This document shows, piece by piece, positions 1-8,955 of a stretch of 32,000 bases of DNA (position 1 is the first letter of the stretch; each line of letters begins with the position of its first letter). The notes beneath the pieces were generated by a model that was not told the origin of the DNA, searched no databases, and worked only from the letters and a program-made list of their open reading frames with translations. The stretch spans positions 840,001 through 872,000 of the forward strand of contig NZ_CP006867.1 of assembly GCF_001481685.1 (NCBI RefSeq). Direction: 5' to 3'. The stretch comes from Ignicoccus islandicus DSM 13165 (GTDB lineage Archaea > Thermoproteota > Thermoprotei_A > Sulfolobales > Ignicoccaceae). The translations under genes were made by a program, and so were the position numbers.

Positions 1-497
1 GACTCGGTAGCGACATCGAGCAAATGATGTACTTAAGCGGTAAGTTCTTCAGCGAATGGATGTTTGACATGAAGGCAGGGACCATAGGGCCTCTGCTAGT
101 AGTCTTCATCCTTGCTCTACTATGGAGAGGATACGGTATTCACTTAGAGCTCGTTCACGAGCACGGAAAGAGCGAAGCGTCGATACTCGGTATGGAGCTG
201 TTCGATAACTTCCTGCTAGTAATCAGTAACACAGTGTCTTACCTCAGGATTATGGCGCTCGCACTGGCGCACTGGGGTCTAGTCTTCGCCTTCCAAGTAA
301 TCGGTGAGATAGGAGGTCCAGTGCTCCTAGCAATACTATACGTGCTCGCTAACATACTAGTAATAATGTTAGAAGGCCTGATAAGCTTCATCCACGACAT
401 AAGGCTTCACTTCTACGAATGGTTCACTAAGTTCTATAATGACAGAGGGAGGATGTTCGAACCAGTTAAACAAGTAGCTAGAGTAAGAATAGAGTAA
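1..497 (+). CDS. atpI: V/A-type ATP synthase subunit I, C-terminal fragment (open through left edge)
   Basis: The frame is open upstream of the listed ATG (LGSDIEQMMYLSGKFFSEWMFD...). C-terminal helices ALMALAHWGLVFAF and GLISFIHDIRLHFYEWFTKFY are typical of subunit I/a. Stop at 495-497. Confidence 0.85.
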   Translation, partial: LGSDIEQMMYLSGKFFSEWMFDMKAGTIGPLLVVFILALLWRGYGIHLELVHEHGKSEASILGMELFDNFLLVISNTVSYLRIMALALAHWGLVFAFQVIGEIGGPVLLAILYVLANILVIMLEGLISFIHDIRLHFYEWFTKFYNDRGRMFEPVKQVARVRIE

Positions 498-504
498 TTT
501 TTTT
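498..504 (+). terminator. Oligo-T (T7) immediately after the ATPase subunit stop, plausible archaeal terminator
   Basis: TAA followed directly by TTTTTTTCC. The next gene has its own TATA-like element. Confidence 0.4.
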
Positions 505-542
505 CCACACATTTAACTATACTGCTTTATGTAACAAATACA

Positions 543-550
543 AATATATA
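543..550 (+). promoter_or_regulatory. TATA-like box for the oxidoreductase operon
   Basis: AATATATA about 40 nt upstream of the TTG start at 587. Confidence 0.45.
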
Positions 551-586
551 CTCGATATTCTCCCTCATTTCGCTGGGTTTAGTAGG

Positions 587-1720
587 TTGGTAATCAAGCC
601 TGGGAAATACTTCGAAAGCGGTGCTTGGGCGGCCGCAATGGGCGCCTTAGTAGCGGGCGCCAACTTCTTTGCTTACTATCCAATAGAACCGGCGACTGAC
701 ATTGCGGAGGAAATGGTCAAGCTCGGACCAAGGAACGGTATGGTTATCTTTGAAGCGGAGGACGAAATTTCGGCCTTAGGTGCTGCGATAGGCGCTTCTT
801 GGGCTGGAGCGAAGGCTTTCACCTCAACCAGCGGACCCGGTTTCAGTTTGATGCAAGAGCACATTTCCTATGCTGCAATGACCGAGACTCCAGTTGTTCT
901 AATTAATGGAATGAGAGAGGGCCCTAGCACTGGTCAAGCGACTAAAGCTGCACAGCAAGACGTCATGCAGGCTAAGTGGGGAGGACACGGAGACTACGAG
1001 GTAATCGTTTACGCTCCTTACAACGTCCAAGAGATGTTCGATTTCACGATAAAGGCCTTCAACCAAGCGGAAAGGTGGAGAGTACCTGCAATGGTAATGG
1101 CGGACAAGATGACAGTTCTCCTTATGGAAGAAATTACCATACCGAGGGAGGTCGAAATAGTTAATAGAAAGAGGCCTAAGGTCCCTCCGGAACAGTTCGA
1201 ACCCTTTAGACCGGAAGAGGACCTCGTCCCGCCAATGCCCGTCTTTGGCGAAGGCTATAGAGTTCACGTAACTGGCGTCACCCATAACGAAAAGGGCCTT
1301 CCAGTAAGCGACGATCCTTGGGTTCACCACGAACTAGTTAAGAGGCTCTGCGATAAGATAAGGAAGAACAGGGATCAGATAGTTGAATACGAACTAGTAG
1401 GTTCGAACGTACCCGAAGTACTCATAGTAGCCTATGGATTCCCCGCTAGGGCCGCTAAGGAAGCGGTGAACATCCTCCTAGATAGAGGAATACCTGCTGC
1501 CCTATTCAGACCTAAGACGCTATGGCCGTTCCCAGACAAGGAGTTAAAGTCGGTAGCCAGCAAGGCGAGGAAGGTAATAGTTGTAGAATGGAACTACGGG
1601 CAAATGTTAAACGAAGTTTTGAAGGTTGTACCTGAAGAGAAGGTAAGTTTCGTTTATAGGATTGGTGAAATACCCATACCTCCTCAAGATATCCTTCGCG
1701 AAGGAGGTGTTTACATATGA
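587..1720 (+). CDS. korA: 2-oxoacid:ferredoxin oxidoreductase alpha subunit (KorA-type)
   Basis: 377 aa; GANFFAYYPIEPATDIAEEM, TSTSGPGFSLMQEHISYAAMTETPVVL; first gene of an alpha-beta-gamma-delta operon. TTG start. Confidence 0.85.
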   Translation: MVIKPGKYFESGAWAAAMGALVAGANFFAYYPIEPATDIAEEMVKLGPRNGMVIFEAEDEISALGAAIGASWAGAKAFTSTSGPGFSLMQEHISYAAMTETPVVLINGMREGPSTGQATKAAQQDVMQAKWGGHGDYEVIVYAPYNVQEMFDFTIKAFNQAERWRVPAMVMADKMTVLLMEEITIPREVEIVNRKRPKVPPEQFEPFRPEEDLVPPMPVFGEGYRVHVTGVTHNEKGLPVSDDPWVHHELVKRLCDKIRKNRDQIVEYELVGSNVPEVLIVAYGFPARAAKEAVNILLDRGIPAALFRPKTLWPFPDKELKSVASKARKVIVVEWNYGQMLNEVLKVVPEEKVSFVYRIGEIPIPPQDILREGGVYI

Positions 1721-2577
1721 GCCTTGAAGAAGCTAGGAGGAAGTTAACTCAAATGCCCCAAATGGAGCTCGCCAGGGCAGAGGCCTTACCTCACACCCTC
1801 TGTCCCGGGTGTGGAATAGGGACTATATTGAACACGTTCATTAGAGCCATGGACGAACTAGCGAAAGAGGGTAAACTAGATCCAAACAAGCTAGTCGTAG
1901 TATCCGGAATAGGGTGCTCTGGCAGAATAAGTGGCTTCATTAAGGCGGATTCAATGCACACCACCCATGGAAGGCCAATTGCTTTCGCAACCGGTATCAA
2001 GCTACAGAACCCCGAACTCAACGTATGGGTATTCGGAGGCGACGCTGATCTATTCCAAATAGGACTCAATCATACCTTACAAGCTGCTAGGAGGAACATT
2101 GACTTGAAGGTAGTAATGGTTAACAACTTCAACATAGCTATGACTGGAGGCGTGCCTACAGTAACTACTCCCCCCAAGGCTAGAACGAAGTACAGTCCCA
2201 GGGGATGGTTCGAGAGATCCTTCAACGTACCAAAGTTAATGGCGGCAGCGGGAGCGACTTACATTGCTAGATGGACTACTGCCCACGTCTTTCAGCTCAA
2301 GAACGCCTTCAAGAAAATGGCTCTTAGGAAGGGCTTTAGCTTCCTAGAAGTGGTCTCACAGTGCCCTGTATTGTTCGGAAGATATAATGAGTTCAGAGAT
2401 CCTTGGACTATGTTAGAGTACTTCATGAAGAATAGCAAGATAGTTAAAGGCGAAGAGTTCCTAGAGGAAGCATCGATAGAGCTAGGTAAGCCGATTTTAG
2501 TAGGTGAGTTCTTGGAGAGGGAGGCTCCCGAGTACACTGAGTTACTATATGCGGGTGAGGGGGTGGTAAGGAAATGA
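1717..2577 (+). CDS. korB: 2-oxoacid:ferredoxin oxidoreductase beta subunit (TPP binding)
   Basis: 286 aa; LCPGCGIGTILNTFIRAMDEL, SGIGCSGR, HGRPIAFATGIKLQNPELNVWVFGGDADLFQIGLNH; overlaps korA by 4 bp. Confidence 0.88.
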   Translation: MSLEEARRKLTQMPQMELARAEALPHTLCPGCGIGTILNTFIRAMDELAKEGKLDPNKLVVVSGIGCSGRISGFIKADSMHTTHGRPIAFATGIKLQNPELNVWVFGGDADLFQIGLNHTLQAARRNIDLKVVMVNNFNIAMTGGVPTVTTPPKARTKYSPRGWFERSFNVPKLMAAAGATYIARWTTAHVFQLKNAFKKMALRKGFSFLEVVSQCPVLFGRYNEFRDPWTMLEYFMKNSKIVKGEEFLEEASIELGKPILVGEFLEREAPEYTELLYAGEGVVRK

Positions 2578-3104
2578 CGGTAGTTGATGTTAGAATTACT
2601 GGAATAGGCGGTCAAGGTATATTAACAATGGCGAAAATACTAGGATCTGCCCTAGTTAGAGAAGGAAAGTACGCTACCTTAATACAGAACTTCGACACTT
2701 TCATTTCCGGCGGCGAAAGCACGGCCGACATGAGAATCAGCGACTATCCCATAGAATATCCAGTCTTCGAGAAGGCCGACATAACTGTATTCATGGCCAA
2801 GAAGACCTACCCCAGATACATTAGGAAGGTCAAGGACGGTGGAATAGTAGTATTGAACTCAGACGTTATCGACGAGGAACCCATAGGGAACTTCCAAGTA
2901 GTAAAAGTCCCAGCGTCTAGCATTGCTAGGCGTCTCGGAAACGTCAGGGCCTCAAACATGGTTATGTTGGGGGCATTGGTCTCGAAGCTATCTCTCGTTA
3001 ATCCCGAAATAGTAAAAGAATTAATTAAAGAGAAGTTCGGTCAGAAAGCTGAGCTTAATTTAAAGGCCTTTGAAGAAGGAATGAAAATAGGGAGGATGAT
3101 ATAA
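2574..3104 (+). CDS. korC: 2-oxoacid:ferredoxin oxidoreductase gamma subunit
   Basis: 176 aa; RITGIGGQGILTMAKILGSALVREGKYATL, SGGESTADMRIS; overlaps korB by 4 bp. Confidence 0.87.
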   Translation: MTVVDVRITGIGGQGILTMAKILGSALVREGKYATLIQNFDTFISGGESTADMRISDYPIEYPVFEKADITVFMAKKTYPRYIRKVKDGGIVVLNSDVIDEEPIGNFQVVKVPASSIARRLGNVRASNMVMLGALVSKLSLVNPEIVKELIKEKFGQKAELNLKAFEEGMKIGRMI

Positions 3105-3353
3105 ATGGTGAAGTGGAGGATTGAAATCATAGAGGATTTCTGCAAAGGTTGCGAAATATGCGTCAACATATGTCCCGTGACCAACCTATACAAGAGCGGC
3201 AAAGTGGACAAACCAGTACTGCGAATGAGCGATAGGTTCGGATATCAAGGATACCCAGTAGTAGAAGTCGTGGACCCTACGAAGTGCACTGGATGCCACC
3301 TTTGCGATTACTCGTGTCCAGACCTAGCTATTCACGTAATAAAAGAAGAGTAA
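3105..3353 (+). CDS. korD: 2-oxoacid:ferredoxin oxidoreductase delta subunit, 2x[4Fe-4S] ferredoxin-like
   Basis: 82 aa; CKGCEICVNICP and CTGCHLCDYSCP motifs. Confidence 0.87.
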   Translation: MVKWRIEIIEDFCKGCEICVNICPVTNLYKSGKVDKPVLRMSDRFGYQGYPVVEVVDPTKCTGCHLCDYSCPDLAIHVIKEE

Positions 3354-3390
3354 AACCTTATTTGTTTTCACTTTCCCCTCACCAGGGAGT

Positions 3391-3957
3391 TTGGAGATGG
3401 ATGTTTGGAAGGCATTAGAAAATGCCAACGCATCCGTTCAAAGGAAAATAAATAGGTTAGAGAGAGCGAGGGACAACGTTCCGCTCGAAGGCGCCAGAGG
3501 TATAGCTGTTGCCAACATCTTAACTAATATGATTTCAATTCTCGAAGAAGTTAACAAGTTGATCGCGTGTTTCCAGAACTTGAAGGACACTTCCGTTGTT
3601 AAGGGCAATAAAGTTAAACTAGTAAACAACACTTACTGGAAGTTCTATACTGATGGCGATAAATTGATTGTAACTAGACACGACCCCTCAATAACCGTAG
3701 TGATAGGCGACGAGAACGTTAGGATTTCTCTCAAAAGCAAAGACGAGAAGGGCGCGAGCGCAGTTTTCAGCGACGGTAGCTTCTCGATTAGGAAAGATAA
3801 GTTGACTATCGAAGGCAACTATACTAATTACGAATACCTACTAGAGAAGGACTATTACATTAACTACGCCTTGAGACCGATAAGTAAGGCAATTAAGAGG
3901 AGAGTGCCGCACGTACTAACTCAGTTGAAGATGTTAGGAATTCAATGTCCAAGCTGA
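3391..3957 (+). CDS. Hypothetical protein
   Basis: 188-aa ORF co-directional with the kor operon; no recognised domain. Overlaps the convergent gene by 16 bp. Confidence 0.55.
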   Translation: MEMDVWKALENANASVQRKINRLERARDNVPLEGARGIAVANILTNMISILEEVNKLIACFQNLKDTSVVKGNKVKLVNNTYWKFYTDGDKLIVTRHDPSITVVIGDENVRISLKSKDEKGASAVFSDGSFSIRKDKLTIEGNYTNYEYLLEKDYYINYALRPISKAIKRRVPHVLTQLKMLGIQCPS

Positions 3958-4526
3958 ACGTAATCGTAATCGTAAATTACTTCGTCCATCTTTTGAACGA
4001 AATCCCTTATGTATCTTATAGGAACTATAATGGAATCGGAAATCAATGGTCGCCCCTTCAATGTAACCACTATCGGTATCCCTATCTTCCCGTACTTCCT
4101 CAAGTAATCCGAAGCCTCAATTACCTTCAGCCTGTGCTCCCTGGCAACTTTCTTTATCGCTTGAATAGAGCCCTTGTTCCATGCCTTACATTCAATAACG
4201 AATACCTTCCTCCCATCGTACGCTATTACGTCAAATTCCATTAATCTCTCTAAGGTTCTAAATCGAACAGAGTGTCGAGTTTGGAAACCGGCCTCACTAA
4301 ATATCTTCATAACGTACCTCTCGAAGGAGCGCCAACTTAAGTACCTAGCTACCTCGCCTTCGCTCAAGTAACCCCATATAACCGCCCATAGAGCTAGGTC
4401 CTCCTTCGAATCTACACAGACCTCGTTTCCTTTAGTGTAAATGAATTCGGAGAGAAGGAGTTCCGGGCGTTTCGCTTTCACGCAACCGTTCTTCAGTAGA
4501 TTTACTATAAGGTCCCTTACATCCAC
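3942..4526 (-). CDS. Restriction-endonuclease-like (PD-(D/E)XK superfamily) protein
   Basis: 194 aa; SFERYVMKIFSEAGFQT...MEFDVIAYDGRKVFVIECKAWNKG matches E-(x)n-D-(x)n-ExK topology. Confidence 0.6.
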   Translation of the reverse strand: MDVRDLIVNLLKNGCVKAKRPELLLSEFIYTKGNEVCVDSKEDLALWAVIWGYLSEGEVARYLSWRSFERYVMKIFSEAGFQTRHSVRFRTLERLMEFDVIAYDGRKVFVIECKAWNKGSIQAIKKVAREHRLKVIEASDYLRKYGKIGIPIVVTLKGRPLISDSIIVPIRYIRDFVQKMDEVIYDYDYVQLGH

Positions 4527-4672
4527 TGCGCTCCACCGAAGTTCCCTTCCCCAGTTCCTTCAAGATCTTTACTAGACTCGCCTAGAGACAGCAATCTTCG
4601 TAAGAGATCTTAATCTTACCGAATCAGTATTAACCAAAGTCAAGCACAGTACTGCGGGCGTGGGCAAGAGTA

Positions 4673-5845
4673 ATGACGATTGAGGATCGAGTAAGGAACA
4701 TTATTAGTTACGCGCTCTTCGGGGCAACTCTGATCCTTTCAACATACAATTTATACTATTCATTACCTCTATGGGTTCTATTAGTAATTTACGGTTTCAA
4801 AACTAATAGGAGCTTGACTACCTTTCTTCTAACTAGAGTAATAGATGCCCTAATAGTCCTTCTAGCGGTCCTCGTGATTACAGTAGCAATGTTCAGTGGA
4901 ACAATCGCCGAAATAAAGAAGGAAATGATAATTGATAACATAAAGAGAAGTGTAATGTCGAACCCGCAACTCGTCCAGAAATTAGGGGAGCACGTAAAGG
5001 AATACATCCAAGAGACTGCTGAGAAGATAATAAAGGCTCAAGGACTGGATAGGCCGTGGTACGAGAACCTCCCGGCCTACCTTTCCGGCGTAGTGACCCT
5101 CGATTTGAAGAGTCAGATACTCACCTCCAATAGCGGTTCCAGGGTAGTTAGGGACATAATTATGGAGAGGTTGCCGAAAACAGTCTTACTCTTCACAACT
5201 TCAACAATAGTAACGATCGTAATAGGCATAGTGGTTGGCATGATTGCAGCCAAGAAGAGGGGAAGCTTGCTAGATAAGCTCGTAACGGTGTTTGCCATGA
5301 TTACCGCGAGCTTCCCGATGTGGTGGGTTGGTATGATAATGATCCAAGTGTTCGCTTACGCCTTAAACGTCTTTCCTTCGGGAGGAATGCACACCATACC
5401 GCCGCCTAGCGGAATAGATTACTACTTAGACCTCCTATGGCACATGGCCCTTCCCCTCATGACTATAGTGCTCGTCTCGTTCGGCGGTTGGGCATACGTT
5501 ACTAGGAACATACTCTTGGGAACCTTAAAAGAGGACTTCGTGCTAGCAGCTAAGGCACGTGGATTGTTAGAAAGAACGGTACTGATTAGGCACGTTTTGA
5601 GACCCTCCCTACCACCGATTGTAACTATAATGGCCCTCAGCTTACTAGCCTCCCTTACTGGCGCGATAATCACTGAAATAGTCTTCAATTGGCCCGGAAT
5701 GGGAATGCTATTCTGGGAGGCAATAGAAACCCTTGACGTTCCCGTAATACTCGGGTTAACCTACGTTTCTACATTGCTTTTCGTCGTAACGATGTTGATC
5801 TTGGACATCGTTTACGCTATACTCGATCCTAGGGTAAGGAGGTGA
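4673..5845 (+). CDS. ABC transporter permease, dipeptide/oligopeptide (DppB/OppB) type
   Basis: 390 aa; ERLPKTVLLFTTSTIV, GGWAYVTRNILLGTLKEDFVLAAKARGLLERTVLIRHVLRPSLPPIVT, EIVFNWPGMGMLFWEAI. Confidence 0.88.
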   Translation: MTIEDRVRNIISYALFGATLILSTYNLYYSLPLWVLLVIYGFKTNRSLTTFLLTRVIDALIVLLAVLVITVAMFSGTIAEIKKEMIIDNIKRSVMSNPQLVQKLGEHVKEYIQETAEKIIKAQGLDRPWYENLPAYLSGVVTLDLKSQILTSNSGSRVVRDIIMERLPKTVLLFTTSTIVTIVIGIVVGMIAAKKRGSLLDKLVTVFAMITASFPMWWVGMIMIQVFAYALNVFPSGGMHTIPPPSGIDYYLDLLWHMALPLMTIVLVSFGGWAYVTRNILLGTLKEDFVLAAKARGLLERTVLIRHVLRPSLPPIVTIMALSLLASLTGAIITEIVFNWPGMGMLFWEAIETLDVPVILGLTYVSTLLFVVTMLILDIVYAILDPRVRR

Positions 5846-7185
5846 GTGGTACTTTGATTCGAGAAGTTCTGTCCCAACGAGCTGGTCTGCTTGGAGTAGT
5901 GCTCCTCTTGATCTTGGTTACCGCGTCAGTAATTACACCCACTATTTACGGAGAGTACTACTCTTTATGGAAGGACACGGACTATTGGGCGATATATCCC
6001 AAGGCAGTCCCCCCATCGTGGATCAACTACTTCTCTTCACAGAAATTACCCGAAACGGAGGTAATAGGACCTAGTAACGTAACTTCGAGTAAGGTATACG
6101 GGGTAGCGAAGAAGGTAACTTTAGTATTCTCAATTGACTATCATTACGACGTTCCCCCGCAAGACCTCCTCCTAAAGCTCAATTCGAGCTACCAATCACC
6201 TCCCGCTGTAGTCTTGATCGTTAAAAGGCCCGATGGCACTGCTATTAAATTACTTCAAACTTCCGCGTCCCAGCTCCAAGAGATAATCTCTATAAATACA
6301 CTCGATCTCGTCAAGAACAGCTTGTACTCGTGGCTCCTCGAGAAAGGCGCTAACGTTACGTCTCCTAGCGCAATAATTCCTTCTGAGGTCATATTCAAGG
6401 AACTGGATGGAAATAGGGTCCTGAAAGGTAAGTATGAATTCGTCATTGAAGCAATTGGAATCGGGAACTTTACTTTAGATTGCGAAATGATACTTGAAGG
6501 CAAGGTTTACGGTCTACTTGGAACCGATGTGTTCGGCAGGGACCTTTTCATTTACTTAGCGCTGGGACTGCCATATGGAATGCTAGTAGGCATCCTTTCC
6601 AGCTTAATAGCGTCTCTAATAGGAACAATTTACGGACTCGTAAGCGGATACTTCGGTGGAATTACTGACAAGGTTATGCAAAGAGTACTGGAAACTTGGT
6701 ACTCCATACCCGCGTTACCGCTACTTATAATGGCTGCAATAGTGTTCAAACCTTCGATATGGTTAATCATAGTATTCATTTCGATATTCGCGTGGATGGG
6801 AGTAGCTAAGGTAATTAGATCAATGACTCTCCAAGTGAAGAACAGCACCTTCGTAATTGCTGCCAGAGCATCTGGTGCTACTAATAAATGGATAATGTTC
6901 AAGCACATACTACCCCAACTACTCCCCTACACCATGGCTCAAGTCGCGCTAGGAGTTCCGGGAGCTATAATAACTGAGCTCTCTCTAGACTTCCTAGGCT
7001 TAGGTGACCCTAACGTACCTACTTGGGGTTGGATTCTCCATGATGCGAACGTTTACGGAGCGGCCGTTAATGGATACTGGTGGTGGATCGCGCCCCCAGG
7101 TCTAATGGCGGCCATACTCGGCCTAACTTTCGCCCTCATAGGATATGCCATGGACGTGGTACTCAATCCCAGGTTAAGGGAGTGA
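5842..7185 (+). CDS. ABC transporter permease, DppC/OppC type, with an unusually large region between TM1 and TM2
   Basis: 447 aa; LGTDVFGRDLFIYLALGLPYGMLVGI, VIAARASGATNKWIMFKHILPQLLPYTMAQVALGVPGAIITELSLDFLGLG; overlaps the upstream permease gene by 4 bp. Confidence 0.88.
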   Translation: MSGTLIREVLSQRAGLLGVVLLLILVTASVITPTIYGEYYSLWKDTDYWAIYPKAVPPSWINYFSSQKLPETEVIGPSNVTSSKVYGVAKKVTLVFSIDYHYDVPPQDLLLKLNSSYQSPPAVVLIVKRPDGTAIKLLQTSASQLQEIISINTLDLVKNSLYSWLLEKGANVTSPSAIIPSEVIFKELDGNRVLKGKYEFVIEAIGIGNFTLDCEMILEGKVYGLLGTDVFGRDLFIYLALGLPYGMLVGILSSLIASLIGTIYGLVSGYFGGITDKVMQRVLETWYSIPALPLLIMAAIVFKPSIWLIIVFISIFAWMGVAKVIRSMTLQVKNSTFVIAARASGATNKWIMFKHILPQLLPYTMAQVALGVPGAIITELSLDFLGLGDPNVPTWGWILHDANVYGAAVNGYWWWIAPPGLMAAILGLTFALIGYAMDVVLNPRLRE

Positions 7186-7201
7186 TTGGAGGTGAGAGAG
7201 C

Positions 7202-8143
7202 GTGATAGAGGTAAACGATCTCAAAGTATACTATTATAGCTATAGAGGGGTCGTTAAGGCAGTAGACGGGGTGTCCTTCCAATTAAGAGAAGGAAGGAGC
7301 TTAGGCATTGCGGGAGAAAGCGGCTGTGGGAAATCCACCACTGCCATGGCATTAATGAGGCTAATAGAGCCCCCTGGCAAGATAGTTAACGGTAGCATTA
7401 AGATAGACGACGCGGACATACTGCAATTAGACGAGAAGACTCTTAGGAAGGAAATCAGGTGGAAGAAAATAAGTATGGTATTCCAGGGAGCCATGAACTC
7501 CTTAACGCCAGTATATACTGTCTTCCAACACTTCGTCGAAACTGCCAAAGCACACGGCTATCAAGCCGGAAAGGAGGAGTTACGCGAAAAAGCAATAGAA
7601 CTTCTCAAGAAGGTCGGTCTAAAAGAGGACGTTCTATATAGGTATCCTCACGAACTTTCGGGAGGACAGAAGCAAAGGGTAGTAATTGCATTAGCGTTAC
7701 TTCTGAACCCTAAGTACTTGATTGCAGACGAACCTACTACTGCATTGGACGTAGTGGTTCAAGCCCAAATACTAAACGAACTGAAGAAGCTTCAAGAGAG
7801 CGGTATAAGCGTCATACTGATCACGCACGACCTCGGAGTCCTAAGCGAACTCAGTGACGACGTAATGGTGATGTACGCTGGTAAAGTAGTTGAGTACGGT
7901 CCCATAGAAAAGGTCCTAGGTAACCCGTTACACCCCTATACTAAACTTCTATTAGACGCAACTCCCAAGCTCCGCGGAGGGGAACTGAAATGGATACCGG
8001 GAAGTCCTCCAAACTTGATCGATCCCCCTCGAGGATGTAGGTTCGGACCGAGGTGTCCGTACCGCTTCGATAAGTGCGATACAGAGCCCGAGCTGATAGA
8101 AGTCGAACACAACCACTGGGTGGCGTGCCACCTTTACCGATGA
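7202..8143 (+). CDS. ABC transporter ATP-binding protein, DppD/OppD type
   Basis: 313 aa; Walker A GESGCGKSTT, signature LSGGQKQR, Walker B LLIADEP; C-terminal GCRFGPRCPYRFDKC oligopeptide-transporter domain. Confidence 0.9.
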   Translation: MIEVNDLKVYYYSYRGVVKAVDGVSFQLREGRSLGIAGESGCGKSTTAMALMRLIEPPGKIVNGSIKIDDADILQLDEKTLRKEIRWKKISMVFQGAMNSLTPVYTVFQHFVETAKAHGYQAGKEELREKAIELLKKVGLKEDVLYRYPHELSGGQKQRVVIALALLLNPKYLIADEPTTALDVVVQAQILNELKKLQESGISVILITHDLGVLSELSDDVMVMYAGKVVEYGPIEKVLGNPLHPYTKLLLDATPKLRGGELKWIPGSPPNLIDPPRGCRFGPRCPYRFDKCDTEPELIEVEHNHWVACHLYR

Positions 8144-8177
8144 GGTTCTGGTCCGGGTCCCGATTCGTGAGGAAAGT

Positions 8178-8909
8178 CTATGGCCCCCCTATCCGAGGGT
8201 ATTTCCCCAACCATCTAACTAGATTAAGGAATACCGCGTTCTTCACGTCCTCCTCACTTACGCCCTTATCGGAAGATATTATTCCGATTAGTTTCCTCAC
8301 CCGACTCGGTCTCAAAACCACTCCCCTGTAATTGTAGGGTCCGTCGCTCTCAGTCAAGATTGCTTTCAAAGGCGTAGCTTGAAGGACCTTCAAGTGCTTT
8401 CTCTGAATATCAATAGCGGCGTTTATTCCTATGAAGTATCCTTGACCAACTATTTCCTCTAGCAAGTCTAAGGGGCCGTTGTACCAATGAAAGTAAGCCC
8501 TCTTAATATCGTACTTAATTAAGAGATCGAATACTTCCCTCCATGCGTCTAGGGCGTGCAAATTGAGCGGTACGTCGTATTCCCTCGACATTCTCAAGAA
8601 CGCTTCGAAGAACCTCCTCGCTTTTTCCTTGTTTCGCACGTACCTGTTATCTAACCCCACTTCCCCTAAGCAATCAGCATTTTCGATTAGGGACTCTATT
8701 TCAATTAGGTCCTTCTCCGAAGCCTCTTCTACGCTCCACGGATGGACCCCTATGCACTTAATAGCATTCATTTCCAAGGTCTTCTTCGAAGATTCCAGAT
8801 CATCGGATACAGCCACTATGACGTCTACTTCATTAGACATAGATGGGTCCTCGTGTAAGTGGACGTGAGCGTCTACCAGCGGCGCCCCAGCTCCCTTCCA
8901 GTTCAACAT
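8178..8909 (-). CDS. TatD-like metal-dependent hydrolase
   Basis: 243 aa; VDAHVHLHED, CIGVHPW, LGEVGLD, LNLHALDAWREV, ILTESDGPY. Confidence 0.75.
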   Translation of the reverse strand: MLNWKGAGAPLVDAHVHLHEDPSMSNEVDVIVAVSDDLESSKKTLEMNAIKCIGVHPWSVEEASEKDLIEIESLIENADCLGEVGLDNRYVRNKEKARRFFEAFLRMSREYDVPLNLHALDAWREVFDLLIKYDIKRAYFHWYNGPLDLLEEIVGQGYFIGINAAIDIQRKHLKVLQATPLKAILTESDGPYNYRGVVLRPSRVRKLIGIISSDKGVSEEDVKNAVFLNLVRWLGKYPRIGGP

Positions 8910-8955
8910 TTAGCTCAAGCCCCGATTAACTCGGAAGGGAGGTATTTTCACTCGA

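Noticed and set aside
676-1330. Antisense ORFs 676..864 and 899..1330 within korA, and similar antisense ORFs in most genes
   Set aside because: They are shadow ORFs opposite strongly supported coding sequences with no own signals or domain matches.
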